From contig JBJHCR010000004.1 in assembly GCA_050486105.1 (NCBI GenBank), forward strand, positions 1 through 55,673: a stretch of DNA of 55,673 bases, given 5' to 3'. This DNA is from Vulcanimicrobiota bacterium (lineage in GTDB: Bacteria > Vulcanimicrobiota > Xenobia > Xenobiales > JADMJV01). The position numbers and the translations under genes were made by a program. Positions 8,807 through 19,239 of this stretch are shown piece after piece (positions within the stretch are counted from its first letter, which is position 1; the number at the start of each line of letters is the position of its first letter). The notes below the pieces were generated by a model. That model did not search any database. It worked only from the letters and a program-made list of their open reading frames with translations, and was not told the origin of the DNA.

Positions 8807-10119
8807 GACTTGGCCTCTCGAGCCTTTTTTCTGACGACTAACATCAGAGTGAGTCCGTAGGTGAACGCTCCCACCACTTGCAAGAACAGGGCTGTGGCTG
8901 CGGTGGCCACCACTCCACCCAAAGGGATCGTGAGAGGGTAGATCAGTAAGCCCAGCAGCACTTGCCCGGTGGCTATGCAACCCAGAGTGATAGGCTGATC
9001 CAGGCTCAGCAGCACGGTGCTCCAAATGGTGGAGGGAATGGTGAACAGAGTGACCGCCACCATGAGGTAGAAAGTGGTGATGACTTTAGGCTCAGTGAAC
9101 GCTTCACCAAAGAGAGCCAAGAAGGGGCTGGCAGCAAACATCCAAACCAAGGCGCAAGCGAACAGGGCAAGAAAGTAGCGGGCGCTTTTCTTGACCAGTT
9201 GCTTGATCTCTTCAATGGTCTTGATCTGATTGACCTTGGGTAGCAAAACCATCTGTAGCGATTCGCTAACAAGGAGAAGCGCAAAAGCCAAGCCTTTAGC
9301 TGCTTCGAAGAGTCCTACCTGCTCCAATTCCCCGTAGCGGGCAAGCATGAGAGAATCCAGAAAGAGCAACACCATGGACGCCGAGCGGTAAAAGAACACA
9401 CCCCGAGAAAACCGGATGAGCCTTTGAATTTCTTCTTGGCCCGAAGTCCAGCGAGCTTGGCCGGGCTCATTGGTGAACAGGCTGCGCAGCATGACCGCAC
9501 CCACCGCAAGGGCAGCCAGCGGAGTCGCGAAATACAACCACATGAAGCGGTCCAAGGTGAGATAGGCGCCATCGGCATAACCCCATAGAGCGGCAAATGC
9601 CAGCAGTCGAAGAAGTTCCAGAATGATACGGCAGCCGGCGCCCCAGGAAAACTTTTGTCGCACATGCAGGGCTCCTTCGAGGGCATCCCACAGAGCCCAG
9701 AGACAGACTCCTACTGCGGTGATCTGCAAAAAAGGAGCTAAGTGAGGCTTCATCAGAAGGACGCTGGCGATTCCAGGGGCCGCGAACCAGCCCACCACGG
9801 CTACCACCATCCCCCCTGCCAACTTGAGTATCAGCCCTCCCAAGACAAGCCGCCGTGCCTTTTCGGGGTCGTTGTCCACCTCTCTCGAGGCCAAGTTGAC
9901 CAGGCTGTACCTTACACCTAGGTCAGCTAACACCGAAACGATCGTCAGAAAGGCATAACAGATGCCAAAGATTCCTAACTGACCTGGACCCAGCAGGCGA
10001 CCGAGAAGCACCTTCAAGAGAAAGCCGGTGCCTGTGGCAAAGGCTGTGCCTCCCAAGACGAGTGCAAAATCAAAAAAGTGAGCAAGCTTGGGTGGCAGAA
10101 ATCTGGTGAAGACTTGCAT
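8803..10119 (-). CDS. Oligosaccharide flippase (Wzx/MOP superfamily)
   Basis: About 12 TM segments; LGRLLGPGQLGIF, LADLGV, LDSLMLARYG...VGLF, VLLPKV patterns. Start trimmed to ATG 10119. Confidence 0.85.
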   Translation of the reverse strand: MQVFTRFLPPKLAHFFDFALVLGGTAFATGTGFLLKVLLGRLLGPGQLGIFGICYAFLTIVSVLADLGVRYSLVNLASREVDNDPEKARRLVLGGLILKLAGGMVVAVVGWFAAPGIASVLLMKPHLAPFLQITAVGVCLWALWDALEGALHVRQKFSWGAGCRIILELLRLLAFAALWGYADGAYLTLDRFMWLYFATPLAALAVGAVMLRSLFTNEPGQARWTSGQEEIQRLIRFSRGVFFYRSASMVLLFLDSLMLARYGELEQVGLFEAAKGLAFALLLVSESLQMVLLPKVNQIKTIEEIKQLVKKSARYFLALFACALVWMFAASPFLALFGEAFTEPKVITTFYLMVAVTLFTIPSTIWSTVLLSLDQPITLGCIATGQVLLGLLIYPLTIPLGGVVATAATALFLQVVGAFTYGLTLMLVVRKKAREAKS

Positions 10120-10177
10120 TGGGGCGGCGGTTCTGTCGATGGGCGGAGCTTCCCTTGCTGTGAACCATAATCGGCGA

Positions 10178-12184
10178 CTACTCGGGTTCCACCCAGGTTC
10201 CCACCGGTGGTAGCCTTCTCCAGGTTCTGATTCGTTCCGAGGATTCAAGCTCTAAGGAAACTTTTCTTCCGGTCACGCTCAATCCCCATGCCTGCAGCCC
10301 AAACAAACCTTCTGGCTCAGGAGTTATCAAGGTCATTTCGAGGTGGATCTCTTCTCCGGGAAAAAGAATAAAATCTTCTCCTAGCGGCTCCCAGAAGCTG
10401 GAGAAAGTCAGAGATTGATCGGTCTCCAAACGGAATCCTTTCCACTGCTCAGCGGTGATCGGGTTGAGGCCTTCGTTGCCTAAGACGACGGTCATGGGAA
10501 CTACGCTTCTGCTGGGAAGCAAGGTGGAATCGAGCATCAAACTCAATTCAAGTTTCTCGGGAAAGAGCTTGAACTCTCGGACTTGATTGGGGTCGGCAAG
10601 GGAGACCAGGCGGTAACTGCCAGGCCAGTCTGGAAGAATCACTTCCCCTTCAGATGAAGGGAAGACCACATTGAAGTGGTCTCGAGCATCAAACCAGCGA
10701 TATCCCCTGGGGCGCTCTTCGTCCTGGTCACTGGGCCCGAGACTTTGCTTTCTTATCGGGGTCGCTAGGATCCGCTGAAAGTCCACTGAGGCAAATTGCT
10801 CAGGCTGGTTCAGACTCGGTTCGGGAGGAGCTTCCTGGAGTTCGCTTTTCGGACCGTCTCGAAAAACTAAGGTTGGGCCTCCGGCCAAGATGTTCTCTTG
10901 TCGTCGCTTGCAAACCAACATGGGTCCACTCAGGACTTGTCCCTCTACCCATCCCACGAGGTTTTTTTGGCTTGCCAATGCATAGACGAGGCTCAGTGTC
11001 CGGTCCTCTCCCAGGTGGTCGACGGTGAGAACGGCGAACTTGCTTGACGGTGCCTGAGAGAGTTCTCTGATGATCGCCACGTCGGCTTCCGAGAGTTGTG
11101 GAAACGGCACATTTTTTCGCCATGCTTGCTGTTCGAATTTCACCAAATGCTGCTCTAATGAGAACGGCCAAAGAAGCTGTTCGAAGCCAAGTTTTGCCTT
11201 CTGAGCCGGGATCAGGACCTGACGATTGAGCCTTTGCTCGCCGGGAAGGACCGATAGGACAAAAACTGCCAGCGCCGCCCACGCCCACAACCGTCCTAGG
11301 GAGAACCTCATCCACCGGGAGACCCCGGGAGGGAGATTCTCGTCCCGGGGTACTCCATCCCATTGAGGCTCGAACTGCTGCCAGAGGTATCCTAGCATCA
11401 AGGCGCTGCCCCACTCAGCTGAATTCGTAAGCATCGACCCCAACAGCAGACTTGCCACCAGGATTCTGGGCCAGGAGTCTCCGGTTCGCTTGGGCGCAAA
11501 GAGCCAGATTGCGGAGAGAAGGCTCCAGGCATTCAGGACCCCCAGGCTAGGCTCGATGGTCACTTTGGTCAGCCAAGGAAGGGCAAGCAAGGTTGTTAAG
11601 GTGGACAGCCCAAGACATCTCGGCGCTTGCTCTTGGGTGGCGTCCAGATGCCAGGCCAAGGCTGTAAGCACAATCAACAGACATAGGGCCCAGGCCGGTT
11701 GGATCAGGGCCAGAACCCAGGCTGCGCCGGCTAGGACTAGGAGACGTTTGTTCACGGCGGCCAAGAGTCCCAGGGCAAGGACGGGGAGAGCCAGAAATTC
11801 GGGCAGCAATTCGGTCCGACTCCAGCCCACGGCGCCGGAATAGGCCAAGTATCCCGCCGTTAGGGTTGCCGGAACCACACCCTTCCAGCACTTGGTCAAT
11901 CCGACCAGCATCAGGACCACGGCTGTCGTGGAAAGGATGGCTCCGAAGAGGCCGGTCCAAAACAGGGGATCGCCGGGCAGCATGCTGAGCCATCGGCCCA
12001 GGGTGGCCTCCAGGTTGGGGGCAGACGGTGGTGACGAGGTTGTCAGGTTGCGGGAGCGGGCCAAGGTCTCCAAGAGGTCTAGACGGAGTGGTTCAACCAG
12101 ACTGCGCCCAGTTTGGAACACCCAGGTGGCCGTGACCAGCAAGAACCCAAGGGCCAGCCATAAACTCTGAGCTCCTCGATTCAT
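10178..12184 (-). CDS. Polytopic membrane protein (divergent GT-C-like) with C-terminal Ig-like domain
   Basis: Multi-TM N-terminal half, soluble C-terminal half containing TPEPEGLF (same TPxxEGxY/F pattern as the large paralogs); ATGA overlap with the upstream gene. Confidence 0.6.
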   Translation of the reverse strand: MNRGAQSLWLALGFLLVTATWVFQTGRSLVEPLRLDLLETLARSRNLTTSSPPSAPNLEATLGRWLSMLPGDPLFWTGLFGAILSTTAVVLMLVGLTKCWKGVVPATLTAGYLAYSGAVGWSRTELLPEFLALPVLALGLLAAVNKRLLVLAGAAWVLALIQPAWALCLLIVLTALAWHLDATQEQAPRCLGLSTLTTLLALPWLTKVTIEPSLGVLNAWSLLSAIWLFAPKRTGDSWPRILVASLLLGSMLTNSAEWGSALMLGYLWQQFEPQWDGVPRDENLPPGVSRWMRFSLGRLWAWAALAVFVLSVLPGEQRLNRQVLIPAQKAKLGFEQLLWPFSLEQHLVKFEQQAWRKNVPFPQLSEADVAIIRELSQAPSSKFAVLTVDHLGEDRTLSLVYALASQKNLVGWVEGQVLSGPMLVCKRRQENILAGGPTLVFRDGPKSELQEAPPEPSLNQPEQFASVDFQRILATPIRKQSLGPSDQDEERPRGYRWFDARDHFNVVFPSSEGEVILPDWPGSYRLVSLADPNQVREFKLFPEKLELSLMLDSTLLPSRSVVPMTVVLGNEGLNPITAEQWKGFRLETDQSLTFSSFWEPLGEDFILFPGEEIHLEMTLITPEPEGLFGLQAWGLSVTGRKVSLELESSERIRTWRRLPPVGTWVEPE

Positions 12185-15009
12185 TGGGCCGCCCCCGAGT
12201 TCGTTTCTGTTACGATCTCCACTTGGCCGGCCGGAATGCGGGTCAATTGACCCTGGTCGGCAGAGAGATACAGGGCCAGTCGATAGAGGCCGGGACGCTC
12301 GGGAGTGAGGAGTGCCGGACCAACGATCTCCTCACCCAACTCGAAACGCATCAGGTTGACCCCGGGAAGGAGGTCGAACTGTTCTCGTTCAAGATCGTAG
12401 AAAGCCCAGCACCCCAGGACCTCTCGAGGTCTAGGGAGATCGTCAGGAAGTTCTAGTCTCAGTCGAGTTTCAAGCAAGGTGCGAGGGCTGAGCTTCCGAC
12501 CAGCCGTGGTCTGAATCTCAAGATCGGCAAGGGTTATTTCTTCGAGAAGGCTGGCGAAAGCGCATTCGAAGCGGAAGGGCTCCAGGGTAAGGACTTCGTC
12601 GTCACCGCTGCCAATCCAATCTGCCTGCAGCACATAGGTGCCCTCGTCATACGGAGGGACGAATGGGATTTCTAGTTCCAAGGGTACGCCGGATGGAGTG
12701 TCTTCGTCTAGGACCAGGCTCAAGACTTCGCTTTCTGGGCTTTGGAGGCCGTCTTTCTCTCTGGTGGTTGCCAAGCGAAGTGTCCCCTCTACCCGGGGGC
12801 TTGAGGGTTCATCGATGGTCAGAAGGAGAGTCTGCAGATGCCCACCTCGCAAGCGCGGCGCGCTTTGTTGTTGAGCGCCGCCAACAACCCGGGTACCAAG
12901 CCGAAATCCCTCAGCCCGCTTCCGAGACTCTCCGTCTTCGGCTGCTTCAATGGTGACCGGTTGAACCAAGCGGCTTTGGTCGATGCGATAGAGTAATCGC
13001 TTCTTGCGTCCCTGTTCGAACCGACGCGCCAGGGAGGTGCCCGGAAATGCACCGGGCTCCTCTCCGGTATCGGTGCGGAACAGCAGCCAGTCGGCCTGCA
13101 GTTGGGCCAGGGGTTCTGGCCTTTGGGTTTCCCAAAACAGCACGGCGGCTGGGGAGCGACGAAACGGAGTGGTGCCAATTTTTTCGTCGTCCAGAGGCAG
13201 GGCGTGACCCACGGACCTGGCTCCTGAAACTCCGGTGAAGGTCGACTCGTAGAGGATCGAAAAATTGTTTTCGGCGGGAAAATTGCTGAGCAGCCTATCG
13301 CCAGGTTGCACCTGCTTGCTCAGCCACTCTGCGGCCTTCCAGTCGAGTTCTTCAAAGTCCAGTACCGGGTGGCTGCGGACCCAGGTTTCCGTCGAAGGAA
13401 ATAGGAGCCAAGCGGACGGAGATTTGCCCAAAGCTTGACCGAGGCGGGCACTAACAAAGTGCAAGCAGGCGTAGCTGTTCAGCAGGGTCAGGAGCAAAAC
13501 CAAGAGGGCTCTAGCTCCGGCCTTGGTGAGATACAGACTTGATCCAGATCGAAATCCCAGATCTTTCCACTTGGAGATTCCGGTGAAGGCGTAGCTACCC
13601 AAAGCAAGCCCCAGGGCTCCGGCAAATCCGAGGGAGGCGGCAAACTGCCAACGGTAGTATTCAGATTCGTAGATGGGACCAAAGTTGACCAGAGCCGGAG
13701 TGAGAAAAGCGATGACTCCGAAGGCCCCTACGAAAAAACCGGCTAGGCTCGCCTGTCGCCAGAGGACCAGAAAAGAAAACGGGAATAAGTATAGGGGCAG
13801 GAAATGGATCTTGAGCACATCCCAGGACCAGATGTAAGCGTACCCACGCTCGGTAGAAGGTTGATAGAGCACCTTGAGAGGGGTATCTAAGGTATAGATG
13901 TGCGAGGTCCGTTGGTATTCCCCCGTTTCTAGGAGGATTTGGAAGAGTTCCTGCTTAGGGACGGTGAGCTTGACCACTTGGGCCTGGTTTTGCATTCCCT
14001 TAGACAAGTTTTCGGCTTGGCTGTGCTCTATTCCGTGAAGCTTGCGCTGCACCAGGTCGGTGAAGGGCCCTCCTTGGGTGAAAGCCAAGGGAAGAGATAG
14101 GCCCAGAGCGGCAAAGGCATAGAGCGCCTTTCTTCGGCAGAGTATTCCCCGTCCCCAAAGGATGGGAGTGACCCCTAGTACCGTGAGAAACACCAGCCCA
14201 AAATGGGTTTCATAGACGATAGCATAGGAACCTAGAGTCAATCCGGCCAGCAAACAGGTGACTCGGTCCCCGCGTTTCCAGAGATCAACGAATAGGTAGA
14301 GCAGCAGCGCGAGATACAGATGGACGAAAGGATTATTGTTTTGCAGAGTGTCGATTAGTCCGCCGCGCCCCCCGGCGTTGATGCCGAAGGCCATAAACCA
14401 AGTGGCGAGGAAGGAGATTGCGGGGACTCCACTGGACTTCAAAAAAGCAGCGAACAGCAAACAGAAAGTCACTGCCTGGAGGCCGCTGGTGAGAAGATGT
14501 TGAGAGAGGAAGACATCGGCCCCGCTCAAGACCGAGAAGGTAACGATGCTCAGATTGCGGCCGTAGTGGCCGTTCATGGGGATGTCCGAGAAGAAAGGAT
14601 TGAATGGCGGGAAATTGCCGTGTCGCATCAGTCCCTGAAGGGGAGCGTGGATCCAGTAGTCGTCATCGGGTTCGGCGATCTGCTGAGCGTTGGTGTAGAA
14701 GATGGTGAGCAGGCAGAGCGCTACTAAGGACCAATCAACGGCCTTTGGCAGGGCCACAAGTTTTGGAGCCTTCCAAGGTTGGTGGGTCAGCCAGAGAATT
14801 GCGAGAATCGTCAGGATTTGGAGCCCCAAGGTCAATCCCACCGCGACTTGCAGCGAGCTGGACCGATAGAAGAGATTCACCCCAACCAGGGTGGTCACCA
14901 CAGCAAGACCGCACGTAGCACCGAAGAGACCTGGCCAGGTCTCCACCTTGAGCAGGCGGCGGCTCAACAGCCAGCCCAGGAGCAAAGGTATGGCGAGCGT
15001 GGGCAGCAT
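12181..15009 (-). CDS. Large polytopic GT-C/DUF2298-like membrane protein, paralog A
   Basis: DDDYWIHAPL...FPPFNPFF...NGHYGR, YETHFGL, FGPIYESEYYRWQFAA; GGAAGGA SD upstream of ATG 15009. Confidence 0.7.
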   Translation of the reverse strand: MLPTLAIPLLLGWLLSRRLLKVETWPGLFGATCGLAVVTTLVGVNLFYRSSSLQVAVGLTLGLQILTILAILWLTHQPWKAPKLVALPKAVDWSLVALCLLTIFYTNAQQIAEPDDDYWIHAPLQGLMRHGNFPPFNPFFSDIPMNGHYGRNLSIVTFSVLSGADVFLSQHLLTSGLQAVTFCLLFAAFLKSSGVPAISFLATWFMAFGINAGGRGGLIDTLQNNNPFVHLYLALLLYLFVDLWKRGDRVTCLLAGLTLGSYAIVYETHFGLVFLTVLGVTPILWGRGILCRRKALYAFAALGLSLPLAFTQGGPFTDLVQRKLHGIEHSQAENLSKGMQNQAQVVKLTVPKQELFQILLETGEYQRTSHIYTLDTPLKVLYQPSTERGYAYIWSWDVLKIHFLPLYLFPFSFLVLWRQASLAGFFVGAFGVIAFLTPALVNFGPIYESEYYRWQFAASLGFAGALGLALGSYAFTGISKWKDLGFRSGSSLYLTKAGARALLVLLLTLLNSYACLHFVSARLGQALGKSPSAWLLFPSTETWVRSHPVLDFEELDWKAAEWLSKQVQPGDRLLSNFPAENNFSILYESTFTGVSGARSVGHALPLDDEKIGTTPFRRSPAAVLFWETQRPEPLAQLQADWLLFRTDTGEEPGAFPGTSLARRFEQGRKKRLLYRIDQSRLVQPVTIEAAEDGESRKRAEGFRLGTRVVGGAQQQSAPRLRGGHLQTLLLTIDEPSSPRVEGTLRLATTREKDGLQSPESEVLSLVLDEDTPSGVPLELEIPFVPPYDEGTYVLQADWIGSGDDEVLTLEPFRFECAFASLLEEITLADLEIQTTAGRKLSPRTLLETRLRLELPDDLPRPREVLGCWAFYDLEREQFDLLPGVNLMRFELGEEIVGPALLTPERPGLYRLALYLSADQGQLTRIPAGQVEIVTETNSGAAQ

Positions 15010-15112
15010 CGGCAGGGTCCTTCCAGGCCTTCCCTCGGTCTCCTCGCCTGGAGTCAAAAACTCGCAGTCATCGTTTCAGGTTTTTTTCCGACTTTGGAGG
15101 CATAATCGGTCT

Positions 15113-16315
15113 ATGCTCATTCATAGTTCCAAAGCCTTCCCAAATTCGTCGCTCTCAGTAGGAAATCGAGGACAGGTTTCCCGCCGGGACCGCTATCGCT
15201 CGGAGTTTAAGATTTCCGAGCAGGATCGCCAGGATCATCTGGACATCAAGTGGGACCCGACGCAAACACCTTCAACCTTGCTGCGCAAGGACGGGGATCG
15301 CTACACCCTAAGCAATTTTCGCTGGGGGTTCCAAGAGGTTGGTGAATCCTCCAAATGGGCTCCGAACTTCAGTGACACCACCATCGACACCTCAAAAGTG
15401 AAGAACGTTTATCTGGCCTTGGAGCCGTTCAAGCCCGAAGTGGTGGCCGCTCATGGTCTTCTGGTTTTCGAAATGGAAGATGATGCTGCGGTGGCCGGTG
15501 CCGATGGGCAGAAAGACTTCGGATTCGCCTTATCGGTGGAAGCTCGGCGTCCGGAAGGCCAGACCTACGGACTGATCAAAGGCATGAAGAAGAGCTTCGG
15601 CATGATCTATCAGTTGGGCTCGCTCTCGGATCAGCTTCAGAAAGTCTCTCGCCAACGAGGGCACAAGCTAGTTCTCCACCCCATGGCTCTGACTGATGAG
15701 CAAAAGAAATCCATGGTTCAACAGGGCCTGGAGGCAGCCTCTCAAGATCGATTGGGTGAGTGGTACCATACCCTGACGAACTCATGCTTTACGGCCAGCG
15801 TCGACCTGATCAACAACGTGGTGCCAGAGTCCCAAAAGATGGCACGCTGGTCAAAGCACTTCAAAATGGCCAGACCCGCCACTTATATGCCGGCCTTCGT
15901 GGGGCCCACCGCCCGAAGACAAGGTTTGCTGAACTCAGAGCCCACTTTGGAGTTGCAGCCCAATAAAGACTTGCACCCCGGTCGCCAAGCGAATACGTCT
16001 GCTGTCCGGCAGCGGGTCGGAGAAATGTCTCGATCTGGTCTTTGGAATCCCGCTTTCCGATTGGCTGGGGCTGGGACCGGAGGCGCTCTGGGTTACGCCA
16101 TCGGTTCAAGTTTTGGAGGGTTTGCTCCAGTCCTTGGGACAGCATTGGGTGCCTTGACAGGAGTCTATGTTGGGGACCGCACTGCGGACCTGGTAGCAAT
16201 CAAGACCGACGTTCAGGTTCGAGATGCCCAAAAGTGGTATGCCGATCGCTCGGGCCTCACCCTAGAGCAAGCCGAAGCCCGCCTGAGCGACCCCAACGGC
16301 TCTCTGGAGCGCTGA
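15113..16315 (+). CDS. DUF4105 (Lnb N-terminal-like) domain protein with C-terminal glycine zipper
   Basis: NFRW, AAHGLLVF, LSVEARR and WYHTLTNSC motifs (His and Cys retained); GAGTGGALG...GALTG zipper. Confidence 0.75.
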   Translation: MLIHSSKAFPNSSLSVGNRGQVSRRDRYRSEFKISEQDRQDHLDIKWDPTQTPSTLLRKDGDRYTLSNFRWGFQEVGESSKWAPNFSDTTIDTSKVKNVYLALEPFKPEVVAAHGLLVFEMEDDAAVAGADGQKDFGFALSVEARRPEGQTYGLIKGMKKSFGMIYQLGSLSDQLQKVSRQRGHKLVLHPMALTDEQKKSMVQQGLEAASQDRLGEWYHTLTNSCFTASVDLINNVVPESQKMARWSKHFKMARPATYMPAFVGPTARRQGLLNSEPTLELQPNKDLHPGRQANTSAVRQRVGEMSRSGLWNPAFRLAGAGTGGALGYAIGSSFGGFAPVLGTALGALTGVYVGDRTADLVAIKTDVQVRDAQKWYADRSGLTLEQAEARLSDPNGSLER

Positions 16316-16441
16316 AACTCTGCTTGGGCAGGGATCCCGATCGACACGGTGTAACGGCCCTGGCATGCAGAGGTCGCTTACAGGGTCTGAAGCGCGACAT
16401 CCGAGCAGCCTTGCGCTCCGAATCTCGTCGGAGGCAATCTG

Positions 16442-19156
16442 ATGGCTACTGTTCTCCTTTGGATGTGGTTGGGCATACTTGGCTTCCTGTTGAGCCGAGC
16501 CTTGCTGAGGAGTCCGAGCCCCTGGCTTAATGTCGGGGCCGCTCTTCCCCTTTCTATGACGGTGCTGTTGGGAACGGCCTATCCGCTGGCCTTGATGGCC
16601 GGTCATCCCCAAGGCTGGATTCTTGCCACTCTACTTCTTTTTGTCGGCACCGTGGTGCTCTACGTCAAAAGAGAAGCTTTAGGCGCTCCGGAGATCCAGC
16701 CCTTCGGCTTGTCCCCTTGGCAATGGGGGGTGTTCATGACCCTTCTTAGCATGGCAAACTTTGTCATGCGGGTCAGGGAGGGTGTTGGGCCTGAAGACGA
16801 CTATTGGATCCATTTCCCTCTCATTGCCCTGCTCAATCGGGGCGAGTTTCCACCTCCGAACCCTTTCTTTTACGACCTGTCACTGCACGGTCATTTTGGT
16901 CGAGATTATCTGATCGCCGTTTTGGGTTGGTACGCCGGAGGCGGCGAATCTCTGCTCTCGGCCCAGTGGGTTTTCAATCATCTCCTGCTGATCAGCACTT
17001 TCTTCTTGTCCTTTGGGCTGGGGCATCGAGCTTATGGAGTGAGCGGCGGGTTCTTGACCAGTACGTTCCTGTTTTTCGGTATCTCGGTGGGCAGTCGCGT
17101 CGGGCTCATGGACACCTACGACAACAACAATCTGCTGGTCTATTGCCTCCTGTTGTTGTTTGTCGCCATCGAGACCAGGGTTCAGAGGCATTGGGCCTCC
17201 GACGTTTTTCTGGCCTTCGCTTTGGGAATCTACGGCATCATTTATGAGACCCATATGCTCCTGTTTCTGATGGTTCTCTGGTGCGGGCCCTTTCTCTGGG
17301 CTCGGGCCGAAGAGGGTTGGTCTTGGAGGGTTTTAATCCGGCCTTTGGCTCTTTCGCTGGGCAGCTTGGCTTTCTGCGCCTTGCTGGGTGGACCCATTCA
17401 AGACCTGACCTTGCGGGCTCTAGGAGTGCGTCAGGTGGAAGTCGATCACGCCGCTACCTACCAGGCTCAAAGAGTGGAGATCACCTTTCCCAAGCAGAAG
17501 CTCTTTCAGATCCTAGTGGGCCCGGAGTCGTATCGGCGCTTGTCCTACGTCTATCAAGGTCGGATGTTCGAGTCTCTTCACAGCAGGCCCTCGAACTCGG
17601 GAGAGGAGGCCAAATCAGACTTCCTCTACGTTTACATCTGGAGCAAAGATGTGTTGCTCATGCATTGGATGGCCTTGTATCTTGGGTTCCCCGCCGGGCT
17701 GTGGCTGCTTAGGAGAAGACAGCCCGAAGGCTCTTGCCTATGGCTCTTTGCCTTGTTTTCATTTCTTGTACCCGGACTGGTGGATTTTGGTCCGGTGCAC
17801 GAGCGCGAATACTTCCGCTGGGAGTTTGCCGCTGGTTTTGGCTTCGCCGGAGCCTTGGCCATCCTCTTAGCCGAACGCTGGCGAGAGGGTCAGAGTCGCT
17901 GGTGGAAGGTGGCGGTGGTGGTTTTGGCGATTCTGACGACCCTAGGCGGCGAGCGAAAGATCAATCGCACCTTCATCGAGATCGAGAAGATGAATCCGGC
18001 CCAACGTGAGCGGGCTACTTCGATCTGGTACCCTTCACCTCGAGACTGGTTTTTGGGGTCCCAGGAACTCGCCATGGATGCCGAGCTGTTGGAGGCCAGC
18101 TTGGCCTTAAGGAAACTGTCCCAACCCCAGGACCGGATGCTCACGGACCTCGATGCCCGGGGACATTGGGAGATATTTCAAGAGTCCACGGTCTGCGGTT
18201 TGGCGGGTTTGCGCTCGGTGGGTCACTCCTCACCTCCCCCGTGGATGCAAGATGGGATCGCCCCGTTCTTTCGCACCGCAGCCTGGAATGCTTTCTGGCA
18301 GACCGGGGATCCACGGATTCTGCCCAGTTTGAGAGCTCGCTGGATACTGTCACAGGATCCCAAGAATCGCGTGCTTCTGGATCGCTTGGCTGAAGAGGGG
18401 GTTTTGCAGTTGCTGCAAGAGTTCGGTGAGGTGTCGATTTGGCGCTATGGGGGAAAATTTGCCGTTTTTTCTCCTGATTCCGAGGCCTCGTCGTGGGTGC
18501 TGGAGGAAATAGAGCGTCCCTGGGATGCCAAGCTGCAAAGCGAGGTGGCCTCACCCTTGACTTTGGCCCTGAGAGTTCCCACTGAGGTAGAAGCCGACCG
18601 ACCGGTCTTGGTGACCGTAAGTTGGCTGCCAAAGGATGGAACGGAACCAGGTGGCCCGATCGAGCCTTTGAGCCTGCAAGTTGAGGACCTTGGTGAACCT
18701 GGCAGCGGGTGGCGATTCTCACACCATTTGGTACCCCCTTTGGTGGAAGGAGGGTACAACCTTGAGGTTCGGGTCGATGGGCGAGTGGTGAATACGAGCC
18801 TTGAGGCAGACAGTTCTCCTGTTGAGGTGGATTTCTCTTGGACCGAGGTGGCGAGTCTTGCTCAGGTGCGAGAACACCGGGAGCTAGAGGTGAAAATCGA
18901 TCCCGGCACCCCAGACCTAAGGCCCCCCCTGCGCCTCGGCCTGCGACTTTTTCGCACCGATGAGAACCGATACAGCAAGCCTTTCGGCTTTGAGGCCATG
19001 GGTTGGTGGGACGGGTCAGATGTGGTCCTCTTGGAGCCTCTAGACCAGGGTTTATCTTTCCCTCTGCCAGACCATTTGCGGGCCGATCTCTTTCTGGTTG
19101 ATCGCAGTGGACGTGAAGTGAAATTGGAAGCTTCGCCTGACAATTCCGAGCAGTAA
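16442..19156 (+). CDS. Large polytopic GT-C/DUF2298-like membrane protein, paralog B
   Basis: EDDYWIHFPL...FPPPNPFF...HGHFGR, YETHMLL, FGPVHEREYFRWEFAA; GGAGG SD. Confidence 0.7.
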   Translation: MATVLLWMWLGILGFLLSRALLRSPSPWLNVGAALPLSMTVLLGTAYPLALMAGHPQGWILATLLLFVGTVVLYVKREALGAPEIQPFGLSPWQWGVFMTLLSMANFVMRVREGVGPEDDYWIHFPLIALLNRGEFPPPNPFFYDLSLHGHFGRDYLIAVLGWYAGGGESLLSAQWVFNHLLLISTFFLSFGLGHRAYGVSGGFLTSTFLFFGISVGSRVGLMDTYDNNNLLVYCLLLLFVAIETRVQRHWASDVFLAFALGIYGIIYETHMLLFLMVLWCGPFLWARAEEGWSWRVLIRPLALSLGSLAFCALLGGPIQDLTLRALGVRQVEVDHAATYQAQRVEITFPKQKLFQILVGPESYRRLSYVYQGRMFESLHSRPSNSGEEAKSDFLYVYIWSKDVLLMHWMALYLGFPAGLWLLRRRQPEGSCLWLFALFSFLVPGLVDFGPVHEREYFRWEFAAGFGFAGALAILLAERWREGQSRWWKVAVVVLAILTTLGGERKINRTFIEIEKMNPAQRERATSIWYPSPRDWFLGSQELAMDAELLEASLALRKLSQPQDRMLTDLDARGHWEIFQESTVCGLAGLRSVGHSSPPPWMQDGIAPFFRTAAWNAFWQTGDPRILPSLRARWILSQDPKNRVLLDRLAEEGVLQLLQEFGEVSIWRYGGKFAVFSPDSEASSWVLEEIERPWDAKLQSEVASPLTLALRVPTEVEADRPVLVTVSWLPKDGTEPGGPIEPLSLQVEDLGEPGSGWRFSHHLVPPLVEGGYNLEVRVDGRVVNTSLEADSSPVEVDFSWTEVASLAQVREHRELEVKIDPGTPDLRPPLRLGLRLFRTDENRYSKPFGFEAMGWWDGSDVVLLEPLDQGLSFPLPDHLRADLFLVDRSGREVKLEASPDNSEQ

Positions 19157-19239
19157 CGGTTCTATAGAGGGCCCTGCGCTGGGGTTCGAGAAAGTCTCTC
19201 CAGGGTATCTGCAGAGCCCACGGGAGGAAGCGAACTCAC

